Of a DNA stretch of 39,929 bases, positions 18,506 to 28,464 are shown piece by piece. The first letter of the stretch is position 1, and every line of letters starts with the position of its first letter. The stretch covers positions 1-39,929 of the forward strand of contig JAWBBW010000012.1 of NCBI GenBank assembly GCA_038824035.1, written 5' to 3'. This DNA comes from Desulfurococcaceae archaeon (lineage in GTDB: Archaea; Thermoproteota; Thermoprotei_A; Sulfolobales; Desulfurococcaceae). The notes beneath the pieces were generated by a model. The model saw only the letters and a list, made by a program, of their open reading frames with translations. It did no database searches and was not told the DNA's origin. The position numbers and the translations under genes were made by a program.

Positions 18506-20059
18506 TTACAAAGGTATTTCCACGACGTGTACATCTTTTCCACTATTTTGCCTTGTAAAGAACTCTAGCCCCCTATACTTTATGTTGGCGAGAGAGTTGA
18601 GATCTCTTGTAAATAAGAGCCTTATATCATCGATGCCTAGCACGGTCATAGCCAATCTATCTACCCCTATGCCCCATGCTATTGCTTTAACGCCTTTAGC
18701 ACCGAGGATCTCCATCACCTCAGGCCTAAACACACCTCCTGGAAACACCTCGATCCAACCAAGTCTTGGATGCTTTATATAGCCCTCTACACTGGGTTCC
18801 GTGAATGGGAAATAACCAGGTTTAAACCAGACTTCTTTAATACCAAGGGCGGCGGCCAGTTCCTTAAAGAAATAGAGTAAATGTTTGAAATTGATATCAC
18901 GGCCGATTATTGCTCCATCTAGTTGGTAAAACTCCATGCTATGTTTTGCATCTAGGTTTTCGGGTCTGAAATTCCTGTCAATGGTGAAAATCCTATACTC
19001 GCCTGGACCTCTCTCATATATAGCTCTGGCAGTCACAGCGGTTGTCTGACTTCTCAGAATAAGTCTCATGGATCTTTCGGGGCTCCATTTATAGCCCCAC
19101 CCCCTTTCATGTACTATTTTAGCCCGCTCCATGAGCTGGCTGTCTACCTTAGCCTTTAAATCGTTTTTGAGGAAAAACGTGTCGTGGATTTCTCGGGCAG
19201 GATGGTCTTGGGCTTGGAATAGAGCGTCAAAGTTCCAGAACTCGGATTCCACATGAGGCCCTTTCACTTCTTCAAAGCCCATGTTTAACATTATTTCCCT
19301 TAGATCATCAATGAATTGCATGAATGGATGTTTCCTAGATATACGTGGACTAGGAGGTTCGATGGAGAGATCAAATTTCTTTATCATATAACGCTCAAGG
19401 ATCGGAGCTAGCTCGGGCCGCACTACAGTGATTAGCTCTTTTTCAACGATGTAACCCTTCATTAGGTTTTCCGCTAGTTTGGGAGTGGGGATCAGTGTAA
19501 TGATTGATCTCTCACGAATATCTACTAGTTTCCTTCTCCTTAAGATATCCACTATGTCTTCGCTTGGTTTAATGCCTATATGATAAATAGCACTGAGTAT
19601 TTCTCTAAGTTTTTTAGCATCTGCTAACGTTTTCTCACAGTTATTTATGTTATGCACTTTCACAATACCTTTTGATATTTCAAGGCATCTTGATCTAATG
19701 AGATACTGCAGCCCAATGGAGAAATCCTCATCATCGATATTTACATTGCTTTTTACACAGTTTTCGAACTCGTCTAGTCTCCTATCGCTACATTTGTCTA
19801 CAACACTATATACCCGTTCCTCTGGAAGAGATTCCTTGAGATATTTGAGGCCTATGCTGGATAAAACATAATATTTTTCAGTTTTCCTTTGTATTATGAT
19901 TAATTTCTTGGACTCCAACTCCGCTAGTTCTCTCATTAAGTCTTCCGGCTTACATCCAATGATCTCTGCTAGCTTTTCTATAAGAATTCCGCCCTTCTCA
20001 GCGATCTCTCTGATCATCTTCATCTGTCTCGGTGTAACGTATATCATTTCCTCTCTCAA
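18506..20059 (-). CDS. pheS: Phenylalanyl-tRNA synthetase alpha subunit
   Basis: FWNFDALFQAQDHPAREIHDTF, LRSQTT, FRPENLDAKHSMEFYQ, YFPFTEPS and WGIGVDRLAM. Confidence 0.97.
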   Translation of the reverse strand: MREEMIYVTPRQMKMIREIAEKGGILIEKLAEIIGCKPEDLMRELAELESKKLIIIQRKTEKYYVLSSIGLKYLKESLPEERVYSVVDKCSDRRLDEFENCVKSNVNIDDEDFSIGLQYLIRSRCLEISKGIVKVHNINNCEKTLADAKKLREILSAIYHIGIKPSEDIVDILRRRKLVDIRERSIITLIPTPKLAENLMKGYIVEKELITVVRPELAPILERYMIKKFDLSIEPPSPRISRKHPFMQFIDDLREIMLNMGFEEVKGPHVESEFWNFDALFQAQDHPAREIHDTFFLKNDLKAKVDSQLMERAKIVHERGWGYKWSPERSMRLILRSQTTAVTARAIYERGPGEYRIFTIDRNFRPENLDAKHSMEFYQLDGAIIGRDINFKHLLYFFKELAAALGIKEVWFKPGYFPFTEPSVEGYIKHPRLGWIEVFPGGVFRPEVMEILGAKGVKAIAWGIGVDRLAMTVLGIDDIRLLFTRDLNSLANIKYRGLEFFTRQNSGKDVHVVEIPL

Positions 20060-20108
20060 GGCATCTCACCGGCAATCAACTAGACACTATTAAAATCATG
20101 ATTAAAAA

Positions 20109-20894
20109 TTACAACGATGCTTTATAGCTTGAGATGAGTAGCCTTGTGTACACGGTTTTCGGACTGTAGATCACCTCTTCTATCGGGCCTTCTTCGACTA
20201 TAACGCCGTTGTGTAATATTATGGCTCGATCAGCTATGTATTGGGCAACGCCGAGATCATGTGTTACAGTTAAAATAGCTAATCCTAGGTTTTTGTATAT
20301 TTCGTTTATTAAATTTATAATCTGTGCCTGGATCGAGACATCCAAAGCAGAAGTTGGCTCGTCAAGTACCAGGATCTCGGGATCGTGTACAATAGCCCTT
20401 GCTATTAAAACACGCTGTCTCATACCTCCGCTGAGATCTTGTGGATATTTGTTCAAAACACTTTCATCTAATTTAACCAATTTCAACACTTCGCGAACTC
20501 TGTTCTCCTTATCCTGAACACCCATGGCTTCAAGCGGCTCTTCAAGTATTGTCTTGATCTTGATAGATGGATTGAGCGCCCGGTACGGGTCTTGTGGTAA
20601 ATAGCCAACATGTCTCAAAATGCTTATTCTCTTACTCCAGGGTAGTGAATAAATATCCTTGCCCATGACAAACACCTTCCCGCTCATGGGCTTCAACAAT
20701 CCCATGATCACTTTTAATAATGTGGTTTTACCAGAGCCGCTTTCTCCTATTATGACTATTCTCTCGCCATCTCTAGCTACTAGGTTTATGTTCCTTAACA
20801 CTATGTTGTATTTCCTAAAAAGCGATTTAATGCCTTGTTGAAAAACCTGGTAACCTGCGGTTACGTTCTCGACCTTTATTATATCGCTACTCAC
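20109..20894 (-). CDS. Peptide ABC transporter ATP-binding subunit (DppF/OppF-like)
   Basis: GESGSGKTT, QDP, LSGGMRQR and LDEPTSALDVSIQAQI. Confidence 0.92.
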   Translation of the reverse strand: MSSDIIKVENVTAGYQVFQQGIKSLFRKYNIVLRNINLVARDGERIVIIGESGSGKTTLLKVIMGLLKPMSGKVFVMGKDIYSLPWSKRISILRHVGYLPQDPYRALNPSIKIKTILEEPLEAMGVQDKENRVREVLKLVKLDESVLNKYPQDLSGGMRQRVLIARAIVHDPEILVLDEPTSALDVSIQAQIINLINEIYKNLGLAILTVTHDLGVAQYIADRAIILHNGVIVEEGPIEEVIYSPKTVYTRLLISSYKASL

Positions 20895-21849
20895 TTTTCA
20901 CATCACCATATAACCAACAACTAATTACATGGTTGCTTATTCTGTGTATGGGTGGATCTCTCTTACATTTCTCCATGGCATGTGGACATCTGTGGATGAA
21001 TACGCATCCATTGATCTCCCTTGATGTTGATGTTTCCCCTGGCATCGACCTCAGAGTCTTTTTAACACCAAGGATTGGCACAGCATCTGCCAACATCTGG
21101 GTATATGGATGATATGGGGCTATTAGCATATCGTGTCCGGGCCCTTTTTCCACTATCTTACCGCTATACATGACAGCTATTTCGTCGCAAATCCTACTTG
21201 AAGATACCATATCATGTGTTATAAGTATTAATGTTAGATTCTCCGAATCTTTGAGCCTTGTCAATAGCTTTATTATACTCAGCCTTAAATGTGCATCGAG
21301 GGCAGAGGTTGGTTCATCAGCCACCACTATCTTAGCGCCCGTGGATAAGGCTAATGCAATGGCAACTCTCTGTTGCATTCCACCACTTAGTTCATGTGGG
21401 TAATGATCTAGAACTTTTCCAGGCTCCAACTCTACTTCAGATAGATATTCATGGGCGATCTTCCTGGCTCTCTCTCTATCATAATTGTAAATACTTTTTA
21501 GCACGTAATAAAATTGATCTTCTATGGTTAAATATGGATTAAGGCTTGTGCCTGGATTTTGTGGTATGTAGGTCACTACTCTCCCTCTAATCCCGGTGTA
21601 ATCTCTTGTATCGTCATTTATAACTAGTTTATTGAATATGTACAATTTGCCATGAGTAATAGCATATGGTGGGAGGATCCCGGTAATGGCATATCCAAGC
21701 GTGGATTTACCACAACCGCTTTCACCAACAATGCAGAATACAGCTTTCTCTTCTATTTCTAGGTCAACTCCTTTAACTGCCCATAATATGTTCCCTTCTT
21801 CGTCTAAATATCCTATTTTCAGGTTATTTGCATATATAGCTAAAACCAT
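20887..21849 (-). CDS. Peptide ABC transporter ATP-binding subunit (DppD/OppD-like)
   Basis: GESGCGKST, YPHELSGGMQQR, ADEPT, HPYT and a C-terminal Cys cluster. Start placed at Met 21849 (the ORF track gives 21897). Confidence 0.92.
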   Translation of the reverse strand: MVLAIYANNLKIGYLDEEGNILWAVKGVDLEIEEKAVFCIVGESGCGKSTLGYAITGILPPYAITHGKLYIFNKLVINDDTRDYTGIRGRVVTYIPQNPGTSLNPYLTIEDQFYYVLKSIYNYDRERARKIAHEYLSEVELEPGKVLDHYPHELSGGMQQRVAIALALSTGAKIVVADEPTSALDAHLRLSIIKLLTRLKDSENLTLILITHDMVSSSRICDEIAVMYSGKIVEKGPGHDMLIAPYHPYTQMLADAVPILGVKKTLRSMPGETSTSREINGCVFIHRCPHAMEKCKRDPPIHRISNHVISCWLYGDVKSE

Positions 21850-22748
21850 AGTCTCCACTTCCTTCTCAACCTTGGATCTATTTCTTCTCGCAAACAATCG
21901 CCCACTAGACCGAACCCTATAGCTGAGATCAATAGGAATAAGCCCGGAAATAAGCTTATCCAGGGCGCTCTCTCAATGAACCTTATCCCCTCATACATGA
22001 TCACACCCCATTCAGGAGAATCGAGTGGCATGCCAAGGCCGAGGAAATTTATAGCAGAAGCCTCTAAGAGAACACTGCCTACATCAGTTATGGATTGGAC
22101 AAATACAGGTGGGAAAGCGTTTCTAAGGACATGTCTGGTTATGATCTTAAATGGGTTTACGCCGCTCAGCCTGGCTAACACCACATATTCCATCTCGGTG
22201 ATGGCTCTTGCATAAACATACGTAATTCTTGCATACCATGACCACCAGGTTAGGATCAACGATACAATGACTACCACGATGCCCTGGCCCATGGTCAATC
22301 TCAGTGCAAGCGCCATTATAATTGCTGGGAGCCCCATGAATAACTCAATTAAGTAATTAATTAATACCTCCACAACGCCTTTCAAATAAGCAGCTAATAT
22401 GCCTGCGAAGAGACCTATCACCAGGCTTATTGAAATCACGGTAAATACCTGTAAAAATGCTGATCGCGCGCCCAACACAACACGTGAAAATAAATCACGT
22501 CCACGGGTATCAGTACCGAATATGAATGGGTAGGACGGTGGTTTTAGAGTTCTTTGAAAGGCGTTTTCCGGAACGTAGCCATAGCCTTCATGGGGGAACG
22601 GCACTATGAATGGACCTATTAGGGACAATGTAAACATTAATAATACAATTGAGATCCCCACTTTGAACTTCAATTTATTCCATGCTTTACCGAATATGGT
22701 CAAGATAACGTCGTGCTCGTGTCTAGAGCCGCCTTGATTCTTCATCAT
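21840..22748 (-). CDS. Peptide ABC transporter permease (DppC-like)
   Basis: PPS..FIFGTDTRGRDLFSR, EYVVLARLSG (EAA loop) and FLGLG..PEWG. Confidence 0.92.
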   Translation of the reverse strand: MMKNQGGSRHEHDVILTIFGKAWNKLKFKVGISIVLLMFTLSLIGPFIVPFPHEGYGYVPENAFQRTLKPPSYPFIFGTDTRGRDLFSRVVLGARSAFLQVFTVISISLVIGLFAGILAAYLKGVVEVLINYLIELFMGLPAIIMALALRLTMGQGIVVVIVSLILTWWSWYARITYVYARAITEMEYVVLARLSGVNPFKIITRHVLRNAFPPVFVQSITDVGSVLLEASAINFLGLGMPLDSPEWGVIMYEGIRFIERAPWISLFPGLFLLISAIGFGLVGDCLREEIDPRLRRKWRLWF

Positions 22749-23785
22749 AACTTCACCCTGGGATCTATTATTGCTTGGATGAGATCAGCTATGGTGTTTA
22801 CAACTAAGTAGAACACCGTGACGACTATGATCAAAGCTATTGCGAGGCGGAAATCACTATATTGAAGTGAAGTGATTAGCAAAGTGCCGAGGCCCTCTCT
22901 TCCATAAATGGCCGTCTCTATCACCATGGCGTCAATTAGACTATATGCAAACGCTAATCCACATATCTGTATTACACCAGGCATGACGGCTTTTGTAACA
23001 TAGTGTCTTATTATAATGTTTTTGTTAACACCCCAGGCAATAGACGCCCTTACATAGTCTTCGAGAAGTATTTCAGTTGTCAGGGTTCTCACCACCCTTA
23101 TCATCAAGCCGACAGGATAAACGGATATGGCAACGGCAGGCGGGATCATGCGTAAGAACACATCGTAAAAGACCTGGAGATTACCTTGAACCAGGCTGTC
23201 AATTAAGTAAAAACCGGTAATCGGGGTAAACCCGGTATCTATGGCTAATTTAAGGTTTACCCTTCCATGAGGTGAAAACCCCATAGATATGAGTAATAAG
23301 AATAAGATGGTTCCAATCCAGAAAGTAGGTGTATTAGCTAGTACTATGCCAAGTGTTTGTAAAAATCCATCGATCCAGGTCCCTCTTTTTAAAGCCGAAT
23401 ATATGCCAAGCGAGATCCCAATAGGCAACGATATCGCATAGGTAAATATAAGCAATTCCAATGTAGCTATCAGATTTCTTTGTATAATGGAGATAACAGG
23501 TATTTTGAACGCGATACTCTCTCCTAAATTACCAGTAAGAACGTTGTATATGAAGCCTATAATTTGTATGTGGATCGGCTTATCTAGTCCAAGCTCTACC
23601 CTAGCACGTTCTATTGCCAAGGTGGCATTCGGCCCTCTTGGATTTCCAGCCCACTTCACAGCCGGATCTCCTGGTGAAAGGATAATTATGAAATACGTTA
23701 CAAGTACAACCCCGAGGATTACGAAGAGACTTAAAAAAACCCTTCTAATAATGTAATTAAGGCTGATCGGCAATTCACTATGCAC
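22745..23785 (-). CDS. Peptide ABC transporter permease (DppB-like)
   Basis: PGDP, LGLDKP, GNLGES, PTFW, TGFYLIDSL and EDYVR. Confidence 0.92.
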   Translation of the reverse strand: MHSELPISLNYIIRRVFLSLFVILGVVLVTYFIIILSPGDPAVKWAGNPRGPNATLAIERARVELGLDKPIHIQIIGFIYNVLTGNLGESIAFKIPVISIIQRNLIATLELLIFTYAISLPIGISLGIYSALKRGTWIDGFLQTLGIVLANTPTFWIGTILFLLLISMGFSPHGRVNLKLAIDTGFTPITGFYLIDSLVQGNLQVFYDVFLRMIPPAVAISVYPVGLMIRVVRTLTTEILLEDYVRASIAWGVNKNIIIRHYVTKAVMPGVIQICGLAFAYSLIDAMVIETAIYGREGLGTLLITSLQYSDFRLAIALIIVVTVFYLVVNTIADLIQAIIDPRVKL

Positions 23786-25457
23786 CCACTTTTACGTACT
23801 CAAATCTTATCACATACATGTATAGCGGATTTAGTGCTGATTCTGGGATATCGATCGATGGCTTGTATATGAATGGTCTGATCTCATCCCATAGATTTAC
23901 AGCGACAGCTTCCTCGAATATCATTCCCTGTGCATCATGGTAAAGCCTCATCGCCTCCTCGTAGTTAGAGCCTTCATATCTCCACGCAGTATCTATCAAT
24001 TCATCGAATTCTGGGTTTTCATAGCCTGCAAAATTCCACTCCTTTGACTCGCTGTGAAACATTGTATATAAATAATCATATGGCGACAATATAGTTGGCC
24101 ACCAGTCAGCCAGGATCAAATGTGGTGTCTCCTCGGGGTTATTCCATATGTTCTTTGCTATGTCTTTCAGTTGTGACCATGGTCGTGGAACTAGGATCAC
24201 GTTTATACCTAGGTCCACGAGCCTGGACTTCAAGTACTCGGCGAAAATAGCGCTTTCCTCGTAATCCACTTGATATAGTATTTCTATGTTAATAGGTGTT
24301 TTAACACCAGACAACTCTAAGTACTCCAGCGACTTACTTGTATTAAATTCGTATTTAAGGCCTTCGACAAATCCTGGGAACCCGTGCGGCACTATGCCAC
24401 TACCTTCTAATGCAAACCCACGCATTGATAACTGAACGGCCTCGGTTATGTTGATTGCGTGGAGGATGGCTTTTCGGAACTCTACTATGTTTGTTGGATA
24501 TCTCTTGGTATTAAAGAATAATATATAATTGTGGAAAGTTGGTAACATACGATATTTAAAGCCCTTATCTATGAGTATCGATACCATTTCTCTAGGCACA
24601 CTACAGGCTATGTCTATTTCACCGGCTAAGAGCCCGTTGTACTGTGACTGGGGATCTTTGATTATCCGGATTACGACTATGTCGGGGGCCTCAGTGTTAT
24701 TGACAATGCTCCACCCCCACCATTTATCGAATTTCCTCAATCTAACCTCTGATACAGGATTATAGTATTCCAGTACATAGGGGCCTGTTCCAATGGCGTT
24801 ACCTTCGTTAAACCATTTCACCAGTTTCTCGTCTAGATAATCACCAACATTGCTTTTTGCTAACACACTCGGCGAAAATATATATGCAGAATATGATGCT
24901 GCGGCCATCAGGTCCAGCCTTTGTGGATACTCTAGTACAAACTTCACGGTATATTCATCCTCTATGATCACTTCTCTTACTGCATCCCATATGTATCCAA
25001 GACCCCGGCCAGTTGCCCTGTATATGTCTCGCGCCCTTTCAACACTTATCTTGACGGCAGTAGCATTGAATGGTGTGCCATCGTGAAATACCACGCCTTC
25101 CCTTAGCCTAAATACCCACACAGTATTGTTCTCGTAACTTTCCCATTTTATTGCAAGCCTTGGCTTGACCTCACCACTCTGATGATCATAATATGTTAAA
25201 GTTTCATAGACCACTCCTATGACAACGAGGCCTGTATCATCTTCTATACTAGGATCTATGCCTGTTATGTCATCGTTATAAGCGTATATAACGATTTTCT
25301 TTTTACCTGGTTGCTCTACTATTTCGGTAATAGAGGTTATGGGGCTTGTTGTGGGCTGTAATGGTTTCTGCCCCATGTAGAAATAAACAGTACTTAGGAC
25401 AATTATTATCAATATCACACTTGCTAATAGTACTGAGACTCGCGGATTTCTCACCAC
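23778..25457 (-). CDS. Peptide ABC transporter substrate-binding protein (family 5)
   Basis: N-terminal TM anchor and Thr/Pro linker, VYETL, LREGVVFHDGTPFNATAVK and GTGPY. Confidence 0.93.
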   Translation of the reverse strand: MVRNPRVSVLLASVILIIIVLSTVYFYMGQKPLQPTTSPITSITEIVEQPGKKKIVIYAYNDDITGIDPSIEDDTGLVVIGVVYETLTYYDHQSGEVKPRLAIKWESYENNTVWVFRLREGVVFHDGTPFNATAVKISVERARDIYRATGRGLGYIWDAVREVIIEDEYTVKFVLEYPQRLDLMAAASYSAYIFSPSVLAKSNVGDYLDEKLVKWFNEGNAIGTGPYVLEYYNPVSEVRLRKFDKWWGWSIVNNTEAPDIVVIRIIKDPQSQYNGLLAGEIDIACSVPREMVSILIDKGFKYRMLPTFHNYILFFNTKRYPTNIVEFRKAILHAINITEAVQLSMRGFALEGSGIVPHGFPGFVEGLKYEFNTSKSLEYLELSGVKTPINIEILYQVDYEESAIFAEYLKSRLVDLGINVILVPRPWSQLKDIAKNIWNNPEETPHLILADWWPTILSPYDYLYTMFHSESKEWNFAGYENPEFDELIDTAWRYEGSNYEEAMRLYHDAQGMIFEEAVAVNLWDEIRPFIYKPSIDIPESALNPLYMYVIRFEYVKVGA

Positions 25458-25488
25458 TCATCACTGGGTACATCACTATACACAAGTT

Positions 25489-25510
25489 AAAATCCCAGGA
25501 TTTTTAAACT
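25489..25510 (-). promoter_or_regulatory. Peptide ABC operon promoter: TATA-like TTTAAAAA overlapping the palindrome AAAATCC-CA-GGATTTT
   Basis: Palindrome at 25489-25504. The minus strand reads AGTTTAAAAA at 25510-25501, upstream of the start at 25457. Confidence 0.45.
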
Positions 25511-25594
25511 ATATTCAATGCTGTTTTATAATTATACAAAAATTTTGAATCACGAATGGCTTGGACTAAAGAACATTGGCCTATGTCAATTATT

Positions 25595-26263
25595 CTATGA
25601 CAGGGATACAGCTATTTGTCTGATTAAATCAGCTGAATCCTCCACTTTGTCTGTGGCTGTCTCAGCGGCGTCTACGATCTCCTTGGCTAATATACACCAC
25701 GTTATATCCTTTTCCTTGCATTCTCTAAACAGTATTTGATATGTATTGGCCTTGATATCATCTACCTGTTCCTCGATTTTCTCTACGATGTTAGCATATC
25801 TAAGTGAATTGTATGGATGATGGGCCAGCTCCTCAATCGCTTTTACCAAGTTCTCGATCGATTCGATCAATTTGCCGGACACATTGATCAGATATTCTTC
25901 TATAACGTGTCCCACATATTCCTCGATATTTATCAATGTCCTAATTCTCTTCATAGATGCCTTTATATAAGCCGCGATCTCATCAACTTCTAGTATTAGA
26001 GAAACGAGGTATTCTCTATCAATCGGGTGTATGGTGCTCTTGGCGAGTTCATCAAGCATGCTTCTCTTCACATCATCCGCTTTTCTCTCTAATTCGTTCA
26101 CTTCATCGGCTTTAACATATAGACACTCATAGTTCTTGTTAACGAGACATTCAATCATTTTCTCGAAAGTCTTCGCGATCTCCAATATTAACCGTGGATG
26201 ATATAGATATTTTTCCAGGAACTCTTTTTCCCTCAGCCTGGAAATCCACATCCAAGAGCTCAT
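25595..26263 (-). CDS. DUF47 family phosphate-transport regulator (PhoU-like)
   Basis: ELERKADDVKR, PIDREYL...D and EKIEEQVDD..D..ED repeats. Start placed at Met 26263 (the ORF track gives 26284). Confidence 0.85.
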   Translation of the reverse strand: MSSWMWISRLREKEFLEKYLYHPRLILEIAKTFEKMIECLVNKNYECLYVKADEVNELERKADDVKRSMLDELAKSTIHPIDREYLVSLILEVDEIAAYIKASMKRIRTLINIEEYVGHVIEEYLINVSGKLIESIENLVKAIEELAHHPYNSLRYANIVEKIEEQVDDIKANTYQILFRECKEKDITWCILAKEIVDAAETATDKVEDSADLIRQIAVSLS

Positions 26264-26446
26264 GATGTTCCAACCGTGATTCAAGGGATATATAATGTGA
26301 TGAATAGAAAGAGGCTTATAAATAGGTTTCGACCTGCTCTCTCATGTCCATGCAATGGCCATTTCAAATATATCGTTATACAAAAATTCTTGATTAAGAC
26401 TTAAAAATTGATGCGTTTAATTTAAAAATCACTGGGTGATGACGTT

Positions 26447-28408
26447 TTGAAGAACATGTACCGGGCCTTATTTATTGATGTCGGCAAAAGGAGTTACTGG
26501 ATAGAAGAGTTCTCGTTGAATACGATATTAGGGCCGATTACACTTGGCATAAAGATCCACACAGAGCGCTATGAGTCATGGAGTAAACCGGTATATCATC
26601 CTGACAATGTATTGGTGATTGGGGCTGGAATATTAGCTGGTTCAAGGCTGTATGGGGTACATAGGTTAATCGCGGTGTTTAGAAGCCCATTGACAAAGGG
26701 GTTACACGTCTCTGCCATGGGTGGTTCGGCTTATCAATTCAAGGTAAATGCTGATGCACTGGTGCTAGTAGGTAAGAGCCTTGTTCCGCTGATAGTTAAG
26801 GTATACGACAATGGTGATGGAAACCCCGTTGTAGAATTCTATGAGATAGGTGAGGAAGAGTTGATCAATATATGGAAAGATTATAAAGGCTTAAAGGGCT
26901 CATACGCTCTACAAGAATACCTCAGCGACAGATTCAAAGAATTTTACGAAGAGTTCAATGGAAGGTCGATCTTAACCGGCCCAGCTTCGATGTTCACGAA
27001 CATGGGGGCATTAATCTCTTTCACTCTCTTCAAGGGCAAAATCGATTATGGAAGTGAGGATTTTGCTGCAAGAGGTGGCGGGGGCAGCGTAATGGTGAAG
27101 GCGCATAACGTAGTGGCGTTGATCTATGGAGGGCGATATAGGAGATCCGATAAATTGCCAACAGAGCTGACGAATACGGCGTTTCTCGATGATATATCTA
27201 TAAAACACTTGGGTCAATCCTATGTACAGGCCGTGATAAGTTCTGGGGTCAAGTATAGGTATGATCCAAAGCTGAATACTGGAGGTACATTTGGAGGTAA
27301 TTACCCAACGCTGAGGTTAACGACTCCGATGTTCAACTGGAACATGATCTACTGTGATAAATCGGTTAGGGGAAAGTTGTATGAAATGATAATGAAAAAC
27401 ATGTGGGAGATCTTTAATAAGGAGGCGATTGAAACTAAGAGCTGGAAAACATGTGGAGAACCATGTCCGCTAGCCTGTAAGAAGGTTAGACTGGGCAGAT
27501 ATAAAACAGACTATGAACCATACAATGGCCTAGGGCCGATGATAGGCGTGTTCCACATACATGATATCGAGAAGATCGTGGAGTTAACTGATACATATGG
27601 ATTTGACGCCATAGAACTGGGGCAAGTGATTGGATTTGTTTTCGAGGCCATACAAAAAGAGTTGCTTAAACCAGAAGAGGTGGGCTTGAGTGCAAAACCA
27701 TTTTTCCATCCCGTGGAGTATAAAATGGATTACTCAAAGCATAATGCTGAGTTGGCTATTAGATTGATCGAGCAATTGGCATTTGGGTCAAATAGCATAC
27801 TGAGATTAATTGGCGAGAAAGGCCTTAGATCAGCCGCTAAAATATTAGATATCATGTATAGGGAGAGAGTAATTGAGAGGAAAACCAGGTTTGTTGATAT
27901 ACCAATATATGCCGTGTTTGGAGAAGAAGGCCATATCACTCCAAACTACTACTGGACACCTGGATTAGTAGCTCCCTTACCTATTCTCGGCAAGTACTGG
28001 ACTCTGTACTCAGGGATTTTCACGGATCCGGAGGATTTCGCGAAGAGGGCATTTGAAAGAGCTATTTATGAATTCATGATCGAAGATCTGGGCATATGTA
28101 GATTCCATAGAGGGTGGGCCGAGAAAATCGTGCTACATATTTTGGAGAAAGTGTATGGAATCGAAAAGCCGCTTGAAGTATATAAGAGGAGTTATAGAGA
28201 GCTGGTTAGATATCAAAAATTAGCAGGGGCTATGCCTGTTTTCTGGGATTCGGGTAAGATAATAGACTTAATGATGTCAGCTGCGATAGAATATGGTAAC
28301 ACGGCTTGGTCGGAATGGTTCAAAGAAGACAAGCAAAGAGCGGCCTATGAGTGGTGGACAAGGTTTTACAACACATTATCGGAATTGGTGGGGAAAACTC
28401 AAGGATAA
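26447..28408 (+). CDS. gor: Glyceraldehyde-3-phosphate:ferredoxin oxidoreductase (tungsten AOR family)
   Basis: SAMGG, DFAARGGGGSV, KYRYDPKLNTGGTFGGNY, CGEPCPLACKK, DYEPY, PNYYWTPG and GICRFHRGW. Confidence 0.92.
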   Translation: MKNMYRALFIDVGKRSYWIEEFSLNTILGPITLGIKIHTERYESWSKPVYHPDNVLVIGAGILAGSRLYGVHRLIAVFRSPLTKGLHVSAMGGSAYQFKVNADALVLVGKSLVPLIVKVYDNGDGNPVVEFYEIGEEELINIWKDYKGLKGSYALQEYLSDRFKEFYEEFNGRSILTGPASMFTNMGALISFTLFKGKIDYGSEDFAARGGGGSVMVKAHNVVALIYGGRYRRSDKLPTELTNTAFLDDISIKHLGQSYVQAVISSGVKYRYDPKLNTGGTFGGNYPTLRLTTPMFNWNMIYCDKSVRGKLYEMIMKNMWEIFNKEAIETKSWKTCGEPCPLACKKVRLGRYKTDYEPYNGLGPMIGVFHIHDIEKIVELTDTYGFDAIELGQVIGFVFEAIQKELLKPEEVGLSAKPFFHPVEYKMDYSKHNAELAIRLIEQLAFGSNSILRLIGEKGLRSAAKILDIMYRERVIERKTRFVDIPIYAVFGEEGHITPNYYWTPGLVAPLPILGKYWTLYSGIFTDPEDFAKRAFERAIYEFMIEDLGICRFHRGWAEKIVLHILEKVYGIEKPLEVYKRSYRELVRYQKLAGAMPVFWDSGKIIDLMMSAAIEYGNTAWSEWFKEDKQRAAYEWWTRFYNTLSELVGKTQG

Positions 28409-28464
28409 TTAAAAACAGGCTTTTTTACCCTCAGTTTTTCTAACACCTCTGTGGCGTATGTGAA

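Noticed and set aside
26297-26345. GTGATGA C-box-like word upstream of gor
   Set aside because: No properly spaced D', C' or CTGA box follows.
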